From positions 124,001-188,000 of IMG/VR virus record IMGVR_UViG_3300017763_000002: a stretch of DNA of 64,000 nucleotides; one strand, given 5' to 3'. Below the pieces are notes generated by a model. It did not search any database. It saw only the letters and a list, made by a program, of their open reading frames with translations, and had not been told where the DNA came from. The position numbers and the translations under genes are program-made. Shown in pieces: positions 11,059 through 21,300 of this stretch (within the stretch, counting starts at the first letter, position 1; each line of letters starts with the position of its first letter).

Positions 11059-12045
11059 TTAAACTCCAGAAAGCTTCATCATGTCCGCCATGCTTAATGA
11101 GCCACCCTTTTTCTTTGCTTCTTCGTGGAGATCAACTCCTCCCGCAGGCTTTTGTATTCCAAGGTATTCATAGTCTTCATCTTTAGCTCCGACTATGGTT
11201 GATCCATCGCTTTCTTCAAACTTAGATTTCATTTTTTCTTTTTCTTCAGTAGAAGTACTGCCATAATCTAACAGAGCCTGTGGATCTTTCTTGATCTTTT
11301 CTGGAATATTCTCGTTGCTTTCAAATATATTTTTAAATATTCTAGTATATACAATCATTCTAACTTGATTATATGTTAACACACAAAACGGCTTGCCATA
11401 AAATTGCATACTATCTTCAGCAAAATTTAAATACGGATGATAAAATTCTTCTAATATAAGATGCTGTATACTTTCTTCAGTAAAAGATGCAAATGTATCA
11501 TTATATAATTTAATTATTTTTGCTATTTTTTTAGCGTCTAATTCATCATACTCAGATTCAGTATATAATGGTTCTTTAAATTGATCATCTTTATAAAAAC
11601 TTTTTAATATATAAAAATCGTTTGTTCTTTGGGCTGCGTACTTTTCACATGTGTTGCCCATGAGGTTGTCTTTTTGTAATTTGAGAACCGCGAGCTTCTC
11701 TTTTTCTTCTTCAATGATTTTGTTTTGTTGATCTAACGCAGACTTTAATATAATTTTTTTCTTTGCGGTATTTAAGTTATCTAAAAAACTTTCTATTTTA
11801 GCTATCTTATCTTCATCCCTTTGAGTCCAGTCGCCCTCCTGTTCAAGAAAATCTAAAATCTCTTGATCAGTAGGTAGCCCTCGCTTCTTTGCTTTGGCTA
11901 CATAAAGATCAGTAATATCCTCTAGCTCCACTTGATCGTGCGGAGTCAGGTGTCTAATATATACAATACTTTCATTGTATATTTCTGAAGAGAAACCTCT
12001 TACAACATCCCTAAACGCCTTCCGGTGCTCAGTGGCGCTAGACAT
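11059..12045 (-). CDS. Hypothetical protein, probable tail assembly chaperone
   Basis: 328 aa acidic/helical ORF directly upstream of TMP; call from position only. Confidence 0.45.
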   Translation of the reverse strand: MSSATEHRKAFRDVVRGFSSEIYNESIVYIRHLTPHDQVELEDITDLYVAKAKKRGLPTDQEILDFLEQEGDWTQRDEDKIAKIESFLDNLNTAKKKIILKSALDQQNKIIEEEKEKLAVLKLQKDNLMGNTCEKYAAQRTNDFYILKSFYKDDQFKEPLYTESEYDELDAKKIAKIIKLYNDTFASFTEESIQHLILEEFYHPYLNFAEDSMQFYGKPFCVLTYNQVRMIVYTRIFKNIFESNENIPEKIKKDPQALLDYGSTSTEEKEKMKSKFEESDGSTIVGAKDEDYEYLGIQKPAGGVDLHEEAKKKGGSLSMADMMKLSGV

Positions 12046-12854
12046 TATACTTCTCCGTTGTCTATATCTTCTTGAAGTTTCTCAAAGTCCTCAGATAACA
12101 CAGCGCCTGCGCTATAGTACCAATAACTTACATAAGTCGTTAGCTTGTTAGAAATTGTATAATATATTTCGCTACCCTGTTCTTCTAGCCTGTAATATTC
12201 ATCAACTTTATCCTCAAAAGTCTCGCCTTTAAATATAGGTTCAGCTTCATCTTCTTCGTTCTTGCGAATATAAGATAGATTTAATAGATACCATGTGACA
12301 GCTTTGTTTGCCGCTCTAGAATCTGCTGTGTGATTAAACAATGACGCATAATTTGTTTCAACTGTGACAATATTTTTTCGTGTTTCTCCCAGCTTTGCGG
12401 ATAAATCTTTTATTTTATCCCTGTCTTTTTGTGTTCTAGAGGATTTTGTGTTTAGCCTACCGAGCTCAGTACTGTACTCTCCGAATTTCATATACAGTCT
12501 AGTTAACTCTTGAGCGTCTTCTTCTGGCATTAGCCCTCCGCTATCAGAGTATTTTTTAGCAAGCATAGCTTTCGTAAGAATTCCCTGCTTAACGCACTTA
12601 CTCATTTCTATACTATATTCAAGCTCAGCTTCTTCCATTTCCCTTCGGTTAGGCTGCTTGATAATAATTCTATATGGGACAGCTTGGTCGATTTCCTTAG
12701 TGACTTCCACTTCCTCCTCGCCGCCTTCTGTTTTTCTAAGTTCCTTTTCAGTTACCTTAACTTTTTCTGTTTGTTCCACGGTGAAACTATATACCTCTTT
12801 TAATTTATCGGCACTAACTTCCTCAGTGGGTTTTTCTTTTTCTAATAATTGCAT
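12045..12854 (-). CDS. Hypothetical protein, probable tail assembly chaperone
   Basis: 269 aa; TAATG overlap with next gene; call from position only. Confidence 0.45.
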   Translation of the reverse strand: MQLLEKEKPTEEVSADKLKEVYSFTVEQTEKVKVTEKELRKTEGGEEEVEVTKEIDQAVPYRIIIKQPNRREMEEAELEYSIEMSKCVKQGILTKAMLAKKYSDSGGLMPEEDAQELTRLYMKFGEYSTELGRLNTKSSRTQKDRDKIKDLSAKLGETRKNIVTVETNYASLFNHTADSRAANKAVTWYLLNLSYIRKNEEDEAEPIFKGETFEDKVDEYYRLEEQGSEIYYTISNKLTTYVSYWYYSAGAVLSEDFEKLQEDIDNGEV

Positions 12855-12878
12855 TCCTTGTTCCTTTCTTAATTATAT

Positions 12879-13166
12879 TTATTTAAATACAAAACCTATA
12901 GTAAAATTTTCTAGATCACCTTCAATATTCCTAATTGTTTCATTTCCAATGTCTAGTGTTCTTTTTCTTAGATGTTGTAATTTGTCTTGATCAAAATAAT
13001 CCGCTTGATCAATTAAACTTTTATATTCTTCTGGTAAATTTTGTTTTAATTTACTAAAATGAATTCTATGTTCTTCGTTTAAATCTTCTAACATCATTAG
13101 AAAGCCTTTAAACAAAGACTTCGTACTCCTCTCGCAATGACTGCGAAAAATATTTTCTGCTTCCAT
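12879..13166 (-). CDS. Hypothetical protein
   Basis: 95 aa ORF heading the leftward tail operon. Confidence 0.6.
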   Translation of the reverse strand: MEAENIFRSHCERSTKSLFKGFLMMLEDLNEEHRIHFSKLKQNLPEEYKSLIDQADYFDQDKLQHLRKRTLDIGNETIRNIEGDLENFTIGFVFK

Positions 13167-13219
13167 AACCTTATTCCTAATAGTTTATACACCTATTATT
13201 ATTTGGTGTAAAATAAAAT

Positions 13220-13678
13220 ATGGCAAGTTTTATTTCGGATCTAGCAAAAAAGGTTTTCGCTCAACAGTTCACCCATCTTCATGATACTTTCTCTAGAGAG
13301 ATCGTTGTATATAAAGAGGCGCAGAAAGTTGTAATCAATACAGATGTTAACTATAATTATATCTACAACAATACAGGAGCTGCGCCCAGCGTTCAAAATG
13401 TTCCGCAAAAATTTATATTTCAAGCTCGCATATTATATGACGACAATAGAGACACAGAATATTTCGGAGAGTTTGGTTCAAGCACTAAGATTAAAAGAGT
13501 TGACGGCAACAGTAGAGTGAGAATTAAATTAAAAAAAGATGATTACATGCAAATCAAAGATGTTAAAAGAATTGAATTTGATGAAAGAATGTTTATGGTC
13601 GATTCAGATCCAAGACCGCACGGATTATTTGAAATAGACTTTTATACATTATACCTCAAACCAGTTGAAGCAAAATGA
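13220..13678 (+). CDS. Putative head-closure/neck protein
   Basis: 152 aa beta-rich ORF, size and position typical of head-tail connector genes; GTGTA-N9 upstream. Confidence 0.45.
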   Translation: MASFISDLAKKVFAQQFTHLHDTFSREIVVYKEAQKVVINTDVNYNYIYNNTGAAPSVQNVPQKFIFQARILYDDNRDTEYFGEFGSSTKIKRVDGNSRVRIKLKKDDYMQIKDVKRIEFDERMFMVDSDPRPHGLFEIDFYTLYLKPVEAK

Positions 13679-14256
13679 TATCTAATTTAGCATTAAGAAG
13701 AGCATTAAAATCTCAAATACTAAAAGATAAAGTTGTTGAAAAGCAAATAGACACTAAATTATTTGCGCATTTTGATAGATGTAAAAAAAATTTATTAAAA
13801 GAGTACGACATGCACCCTGTCACAAGAGACTTAAACAATGAGTCTAATGCGGGTCTTGTCACCAAAGGAACTCTTTTTGGTTTCTTGGGATTTGAATCCG
13901 GCTCGGCGCCAGCGGAAGACTTCAGAAAATTTTTAGATAGATCAATTGCAATGCGTTTTATAAAAAACAATAACAGGCAAGGAGTCAGAACTTATCGAGT
14001 AGAAATACCCAATAAAGATGACATATATTCCGCCACACCGCTACCCTGGGCATCAGGTAGAAGCTGGGTTAAAGCTATAGAGCAAGGCATATCTGGCATG
14101 GGAAATTATATTCAATTAGAATCTTCGGTCAGTAGATCTGGAGAAGGTTTTCAAGCGAAAAATTCTTCTGGAGGTGTATTTAGAAATACATCTTATGTAT
14201 CTAGTATAATAAATAATTTTAAAGTTAAACTTCAATCATACGGCCTATCATTATGA
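13675..14256 (+). CDS. Putative neck/tail-completion protein
   Basis: 193 aa, overlaps neighbours by 4 nt; PLPWASGRSWVKAIEQG. Confidence 0.4.
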   Translation: MISNLALRRALKSQILKDKVVEKQIDTKLFAHFDRCKKNLLKEYDMHPVTRDLNNESNAGLVTKGTLFGFLGFESGSAPAEDFRKFLDRSIAMRFIKNNNRQGVRTYRVEIPNKDDIYSATPLPWASGRSWVKAIEQGISGMGNYIQLESSVSRSGEGFQAKNSSGGVFRNTSYVSSIINNFKVKLQSYGLSL

Positions 14257-15278
14257 AACCACAATTCCAACATGAAATTACAACAAGCTTCTCTTTATGG
14301 TTTGAAAACTATTTATTGAAAAAAGGAGATGCTTATGCAAATAAAACAGAATCCCTAACACACCTCGAAGATGATAGGCTTCCAGGTTTACAAACTTTTT
14401 CGAGCCCATACAAACAGTGGGTATTTGATAAGAGCATATCCAACGCAGATGTTCCATTCAATATTACTATCGATGGAGTCAGTATGCCGAAAAGTGGAGG
14501 CGTTGACCCCTCAACGCTATCCGCCTGGAGCGCAACAGCTAACTACCAACCTAGAGAATTTGTTTCCCACAACTCACAGTCTTGGATTGCAATGGAATAT
14601 ACAGAGCTCGCAGAAGAACCTGGTGTCTCTGATAAATGGGAGGACATCACATGGACAACCACTAGCCAGAACGGAGATATACTCTTTGTAGATTATGTAA
14701 ACGGAAGAGTTGTAACATCGCTTGGCTCATCAGCTTCTGTTGTTGAGGCGGAGTATTCAGTAAAAGATTTTAATATATATGTCACAAATGAAACAGAAGA
14801 AAATTTAATTGTTGAATCTAAATTTGATGTTAATAGTAGATTCGATCAAACATTAACACCGATACCCCCGTACGATCAAGTACTACCAGGAATATTTATA
14901 AATAATATTAGATCCACAAATGATCCTTTTTCTTTCGGAGGAGAAGAAAAAACCATGGCAGACATAAGATGTGTGGTTATGGCAGAGAACATCTATCAGT
15001 TAGATGCTGTCATGTCTATCTTTAATGACTCAACAAGAGAGTGTTTCGCCGCCTTAGCTTTTGAAGACTACCCCCTAAATGAATACGGAGATGCGTTTAG
15101 ATTTGATTACGAAGATTTAGCTGGACATAGATTAAAAAATAACCCATCAGCGTTACACTTTATCGACAGAGTAGATGTTTCTAAACTTAGTGATAGAGTG
15201 ACAAAAACAATTAGCCCAAATACTTTCGTTGGTTTTATAGATTTCGAGGTCAATACATATCGCTATCCAAGAATTTAA
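14253..15278 (+). CDS. Putative tail terminator-like protein with inserted CBM5/12-like module
   Basis: 341 aa upstream of major tail gene; insert AWSATANYQPREFVSHNSQSWIAM...EEPGVSDKWED. Confidence 0.45.
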   Translation: MKPQFQHEITTSFSLWFENYLLKKGDAYANKTESLTHLEDDRLPGLQTFSSPYKQWVFDKSISNADVPFNITIDGVSMPKSGGVDPSTLSAWSATANYQPREFVSHNSQSWIAMEYTELAEEPGVSDKWEDITWTTTSQNGDILFVDYVNGRVVTSLGSSASVVEAEYSVKDFNIYVTNETEENLIVESKFDVNSRFDQTLTPIPPYDQVLPGIFINNIRSTNDPFSFGGEEKTMADIRCVVMAENIYQLDAVMSIFNDSTRECFAALAFEDYPLNEYGDAFRFDYEDLAGHRLKNNPSALHFIDRVDVSKLSDRVTKTISPNTFVGFIDFEVNTYRYPRI

Positions 15279-15330
15279 AATTTCTCTTTTTTAAAAAGTT
15301 AATGTAATAAACAGAAGAATACTTATTATT

Positions 15331-16986
15331 ATGGCAACTAGAAATAGAGTTATTTATCAGAGTGAAGCGCTGTATGTGGGACAGCCTGAAGCTACAGGCC
15401 ACCACATCACTGCGAAAAGTAATAATGCTACCGACGCCAATGGCGACGATGTTAGCAGTAAAGTTTGGGGCCTGGTTAAGGAGCCAGATAATATCACAAA
15501 AAAATGTATTTTAGACAATACTAATTTTTGGGCATTGATCACCAAACCCACAGATCTTATAGATGCTGGTGGCAATCCTATAACCCCATTCAAAGGTGAT
15601 TTTGATAACACGGTAGACTATTCTGTCGAAGATGTTGTGAAAGTTACAGACGATGGACAGGACTGGTATTTCGAGGCCGCTCAAGCTAGCGGACCATCAA
15701 CAGCAGTCAAGGATCCATTAGTAGCATTAACTGACTATACAGATAATGGCAACTACGATTTAAGCAATAACGCGGACTTAACAGACTGGGACATCCTTCC
15801 AGCAGTTAAACAACTCAATCGAGTACAAAGTGCAAATTATAGTTTTACAATTAATAGACAAGACGTTAATCAGTTTGGACAACTTTCAAGAATTGATTCT
15901 GTTTCGATCGAACCACCAACAGTAAGTTTAGATTTTTCTTATTACCTAACAAACGGAGCTAACGAAAGCTTGATGGGATTTAATCTCGAAGACTTTGCCG
16001 CTCTCGATGGAGGTACCGCTGTAAACTTTGTAAAGACAGATAAACAAGAAGATGATTATGCTGGAAGAAACTATTTCATCTTAACTACAAAACAAGGTAC
16101 AGACGCTGTAGGTAACAACATATTTGATACTTATGGAGATTCAGATGATACCACGGCTTCGACTATTGCCCTTGGCAATGGTTACGTCACCAATTATTCG
16201 GTAGAAGCTTCAGTAGGTTCCATGCCCACAGCAAATGTTACCGTTGAAGGCTTAAACTTAAAATCTGACGCTGGTTTTCACAATATAGATATCCCTGCAG
16301 TCAACAATGAGCGTGGTACTCCAATTGAAGGGATGAAATACAGCCTACCTGCTCCTGTTAGTGGTGTTTTAGATGACAGCGCTACAGACCCAACACTTGG
16401 TGATGCAGATAAGCTCTCTGGTCAATCTGACGGTTTCTCTTGCTTGCGCCCAGGAGATATTGAAATGCACATGGGAACAGCAGGAGAGTCTGCTCTTATG
16501 AATACTTTGCCTGACGGAACACCTCCCACAGACAACAATGAAGGTAGCTGTCACGTACAAAGTTTCAGTATTGAGCTTCCGCTTTCGAGAACTCCATTGC
16601 AAAGACTTGGCACGCCTTATGCGTATACTCGTCCTTTAGATTTCCCGATCACTGTTAATGTAAGTGTGAGCGCGATTGTTTCAGATCTTAAATCTGGAAA
16701 CGTAGCAGACCACCTGTTTAATTTCCAAAACCACGACTTGCAGTTTATCCTGCGGGAACCACAAGCTGACGGAAAAGGTCCGGTCGCTATGGCTTTCTTT
16801 GTTAAGGGTGCGCAGCTAGAAGGAGAATCCTTTAGCTCTTCAATTGGAGATAACAAGTCGGTTGATATTACATTCAGCTGTCAAATTGGCGGGCCGGAAG
16901 ATACAACTCGAGGAGTTATGATAGGAGGATCTAGAGGTCCTATATTAAATACTTTCCTTGATCGTTTCGATCCAGCGACTAAGTGA
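15331..16986 (+). CDS. Major tail (tube) protein
   Basis: 551 aa; QLNRVQSANYSFTINRQDVNQFGQ...PPTVSLDFSYYL and a second similar half; followed by a terminator. Confidence 0.65.
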   Translation: MATRNRVIYQSEALYVGQPEATGHHITAKSNNATDANGDDVSSKVWGLVKEPDNITKKCILDNTNFWALITKPTDLIDAGGNPITPFKGDFDNTVDYSVEDVVKVTDDGQDWYFEAAQASGPSTAVKDPLVALTDYTDNGNYDLSNNADLTDWDILPAVKQLNRVQSANYSFTINRQDVNQFGQLSRIDSVSIEPPTVSLDFSYYLTNGANESLMGFNLEDFAALDGGTAVNFVKTDKQEDDYAGRNYFILTTKQGTDAVGNNIFDTYGDSDDTTASTIALGNGYVTNYSVEASVGSMPTANVTVEGLNLKSDAGFHNIDIPAVNNERGTPIEGMKYSLPAPVSGVLDDSATDPTLGDADKLSGQSDGFSCLRPGDIEMHMGTAGESALMNTLPDGTPPTDNNEGSCHVQSFSIELPLSRTPLQRLGTPYAYTRPLDFPITVNVSVSAIVSDLKSGNVADHLFNFQNHDLQFILREPQADGKGPVAMAFFVKGAQLEGESFSSSIGDNKSVDITFSCQIGGPEDTTRGVMIGGSRGPILNTFLDRFDPATK

Positions 16987-17007
16987 TTTAGTTTTGCACA
17001 ACTATTT

Positions 17008-17036
17008 AAAGAAGCTCGCTTTAAGCGAGCTTTTTT
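17008..17036. terminator. Bidirectional rho-independent terminator
   Basis: AAGCTCGCT-TTA-AGCGAGCTT stem flanked by A run and T run, between convergent genes. Confidence 0.85.
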
Positions 17037-18291
17037 ATGTGTGCTTAATTATTTGCATGCCAGTTTTCAATCCCACTTCGAATAAAAACTGAGCAGAAAT
17101 CTGAGCGAATCCGCCCACCGACATTGAATGTGACTCTGAAGATAATTTTGCGTCAGGGATTTTGATTGTAGCGTATTTTTTTCTATCATCCAGACCCGTC
17201 CTGCTGTATAATTTTATTTCTATATCCATAGAAACGTCGTCTTTAAATATATTAGCAATTTGCAGTTCGTCTTTTTCACTAAAATTTCTTAAAATAATTT
17301 CAGAAGACATAGATCCTGACATTGGGAACTGTATCTTCCTATCTTTGATGTAGTTAGATCCGAAAGCATTAATTTCTTGCCTTCCAATTTCAAGAGATAT
17401 ATCCAAAGATTGTATAGACATTGATTCTGGGTCAATATCAACCATGCTAAAACCTCCGCTAGAATTATTTTTATTGTTCGTCCAAGTGATTTCCATATCT
17501 CCAGGCCTTAATGCTAATGAAGAATCTGAAGTGTCGGTCTCAAGGGCTGCGTCTTCCAACTGCTGCCTGGTAATAATGACATCAGATTGAGATCTAGTTC
17601 CAGTGTTGTCCACAGCTGGAGCTTTTACTGTATTTATTAAGCCAGCAGCGTCAAAGTTAATTGTATCTAAACATATATTACTACAGTCATAAGCCACACT
17701 ACAACTTACAAACGATCCAACCTTAGCAGATATAGAGTAATTAGATAAATAACAATTACCAAGACCAACTAAATCTAAATTATTTTTAAATTCCTCTCCA
17801 GACTTATCACCTCTACCAAATAAATCAGCTCTAGCACTCGTTTGTTCGGCCAATAAATATAAATTTATATCACCTTTTTTAGCTTCTGCAGTAGACCCTT
17901 GATTACTCCAGTCAGGTTTGTTGTACAATTTAGAATAAGAAGAATTATCATACTCAAAAAGATACCCTCCTCCAACATTCATTCCTAAGTTCTCTTCATT
18001 TTTTGCGTCAAAAAATAAATATGAAAATTCTAAAGTAACAGTTGGTTGAACTACAATTGGTATTCTTGACTTCATTGGATCAGAATTTAATGCTGGAGTA
18101 CGATCTTTTATAAATTCCGAAGACCCTATTTCTTTTAACTGCATAGCTCCGTAATCAAAAGAATAAGAAACGTCTTGAATTCTGGAGATAGTCCGCACCG
18201 CTACAGATGGTTGGGTTTTAAATGCGGGGGCGGAATCCGCGAGTAAAACCATACGTTCATAACTTAAATGTAACCTTTTCCCAACTGGCAT
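17035..18291 (-). CDS. Tail-tube paralogue (inverted)
   Basis: ISRIQDVSYSFDYGAMQLKEIG...QPTVTLEFSYL and LGNCYLSNYSISAKVGS parallel 15331-16986 (LGNGYVTNYSVEASVGS); start moved to ATG 18291, 9 nt after GTGTA. Confidence 0.7.
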   Translation of the reverse strand: MPVGKRLHLSYERMVLLADSAPAFKTQPSVAVRTISRIQDVSYSFDYGAMQLKEIGSSEFIKDRTPALNSDPMKSRIPIVVQPTVTLEFSYLFFDAKNEENLGMNVGGGYLFEYDNSSYSKLYNKPDWSNQGSTAEAKKGDINLYLLAEQTSARADLFGRGDKSGEEFKNNLDLVGLGNCYLSNYSISAKVGSFVSCSVAYDCSNICLDTINFDAAGLINTVKAPAVDNTGTRSQSDVIITRQQLEDAALETDTSDSSLALRPGDMEITWTNNKNNSSGGFSMVDIDPESMSIQSLDISLEIGRQEINAFGSNYIKDRKIQFPMSGSMSSEIILRNFSEKDELQIANIFKDDVSMDIEIKLYSRTGLDDRKKYATIKIPDAKLSSESHSMSVGGFAQISAQFLFEVGLKTGMQIIKHT

Positions 18292-18369
18292 ATTGTTACT
18301 TACACAATAAAAATATACCAATAGTATTTTTAGCGTGTATAATAATAATGTTCCAACAACTTTTGAATT

Positions 18370-21300
18370 ATGCCAAATAGTAGAATTTCAGACTTATTCC
18401 AAGTACAGCGTTTAGACCAAGACGTCGACGCTGAAGCGTTGCTTTTGATAGCTAGAGCTAAGTCCCATAACGAGACGATGAGTTATCAAGATTTTAAAAA
18501 ATCGATTACAGACTATTGTGTTTTTATTACTGGCGATCAGCTAATTACTGGATTTAAAACTTTTGAAGATAATGCTTTATTCAAAAAAGATGTTTCTATA
18601 CAAGGAGATCTTTCTGTTAGGGGTGACATTTTTAACCTGAGGTTTGAAACTGGTGTTGACCCTGCTTTTCTTGATTCGTGGAAGTCAGTTATATACGCCG
18701 CAGATTCAGAAGTGTCATATGACTCAAAAGCCTGGCGGACACTCTCGAGAACATTGCCTTCAGATGTTCCTGGAGTGCCTGGAACAAAGTCTCAGGGTAA
18801 AGTTACAGTTATTGATCATGATCATATTTTAAATGGAGATATGGTCAATCTTGTGGCCTCTGACGGACAGCTCATAGGCTTTGTAGAAGGTACAAATTTC
18901 ACAGTTGGAGCCAATAAAGAAGCCACAGCAACAAATATCGCTAATGCTATTGACGCACACCCATTATTTACAGCGACCAGCGATATAAATTCTAATGAAA
19001 TTATTATCACTCAAGAAATTGTAGGCATCGCAGGCAACACCACAATTTTTATTGACACCGCCAACCCTCTTCAAATCAATAGAGAAAATTTTTCTGGAGG
19101 CTTAGGCAGCCCTGAAAACCCTTGGATAGATGTTACAAAAAAAGATGCGGATGACTATTTAACTCAACTTGATTCAAATTTAAACACACAAGGAGACTTA
19201 ACAGTAGAATCAAATTCAAAACTCGAAGGAATACTAGAAGTTGATGGAGATTCAGATCTTTACTCTAAGCTCACCGTACATAAAGACACATTATTAAAAG
19301 ATAACCTAACAGTCAATGAAGATACTTTTTTGAGCGGGCAGCTTAGTGTTAATACCACAGGACAAAGAGAACAAGTTACAATTCATGGGACTGTTGGGCT
19401 AACAGATGGATACGCAATTAGAGGTACTGGTGTTGATTTAATTTATGCAAGCGGAACCAGCGCTTTTATTGGAAATTCTGGAGCTTTTGAAATTGACAAT
19501 GACAAGAGCGCATATATTCTACATGACTCTAATGTTGGAAGAGATTTACTTGTATCAGGGCAAGCTGCATTTTTACAAAATTTAACTGTATTTAAAAATC
19601 TTGAAGTTAAAGAAGACACCCTATTAGGAGATGAACTCGAAGTTGTTGGTACTTCTGTCTTTAAAGATGATGTTGTTATGGAAAAAGATCTTATTGTTAA
19701 TAATGATTTAACGGTTCAAAATAATTTAACAGTAAGAGGGGATGTATTTAATATCAAATTCGAAGAAGGTGTTGATCCTTACAGCCTTTCGGAGCAATGG
19801 AGTCAAACTGGAGGAGTTAATCTTGACGGTTCTTATTCTCAGGGGGATCAAGTTGAATACAACGGCCAGGCGTGGGAAGCAGATGGATTAACAGCTTCTA
19901 CAGACGAGCCAGGCATTTCACCATTATGGAGAGATGTAACAAAAATAACCAAAGACGGATACAAAACAGAACTTGACTCTGACTTACTAGTTGAAGGAAA
20001 GCTTGGAGTTGGAACTGACACTCCTTCAGCTAAATTTCATATCAAAACTGACGCAGCTGATGCCAATTTAATTGTAGATAATAATGGCGCAGAGAATATA
20101 GAAGTTCAAAGTATTAATGATGCAAATGATTCACTCAGTAATTTAAATTTAAATAGTATTGTTTATATTAAAAAATCAAATTTTGTTGGAATCGGAACTA
20201 GTTCGCCAGGTTCATGGGTGGATCCTTTTAATTCTGAAGTGGTAGAACCTATTCTGCACATTAAGGGTGATGTTGCAGGAAAAAAAGGTGTTTACATTGA
20301 AGATGGAGATTTAAAAATTGAAAATAAATATGGATCTAAAACCGAACTTACTTTAAAAACTAACTCCAGCCCATATTTTTCTGACAGCGTAGCTACATTA
20401 TTGCTAGAGTCTGGAACTTCTAATGACACTTTTAAAATCAACCAATTCCAAAAAGAGCATGCTACTTTTGGAGGAACCACTATTTTTGATAAAAATATTG
20501 ATGGCGGTTACGTTAGTGAATTTTGGCAGTTAAAATCTGGAGCAGATGCCGATCCGAATGCGTCACCAAAAATTTCACAAACAGATTATGACTTGCTCCC
20601 AGTAGATGATGGAGGGGTTGCAGGCACAACAGACAAGACGGATTACGAAAAGAAAAACATTTTAACTTCAGTGTGGAGAACTCTTCCCGATCAAGACCCA
20701 GGAAATGGAGATGATTGGCAAAGCGAGTTTCTACCAAGCACATCTTACAGCTCAATTAGTCAAATATTCGGCCAGTTTGGCCAAGTTGCTTTTCTTGGAA
20801 ATAAAGGAGACAACCTACCAGAACTTAGTAAGCTTAATTCGGCATCAGACTCCTTCTTCACAATACATAGCTCAGAAGATTCTTTTGATAAAATATTTAA
20901 AGTTCAAGATTCGATACATCCAGACGCAACGCCATTTGTTATTACAAGTGGAGGAAAAGTTGGGGTTGGTACTGAAGATCCGATGTATAAATTAACAATT
21001 TCTGATAATGATGGCGGACATTTAAGATTAGAAAACAAAAGCGAAATTGCACTCGTTCGCTTGGTCGATGGAGGCAATTTGGACATTTGGTCTCATGGAA
21101 ATTCTGATACAATATTCAGAAGTGGTACGGGCGCCGGAAGTGAACTCGTAAGAATAAAACACGATGGAAGCGTTGGCATTGGCACTGATACTCCTGATTA
21201 TCCTTTAGATGTACAAGGCATTTTAAGAATAACTAAAACCACTGTAGACGGAGGAGATACAGCTTTATTCTTTAACCCTGGAGGGGGAGCTGACGAACCA

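Noticed and set aside
12045-12120. Programmed frameshift between tail chaperone genes
   Set aside because: No X XXY YYZ slippery heptamer near the 3' end of 12045-12854; genes are simply coupled by TAATG.
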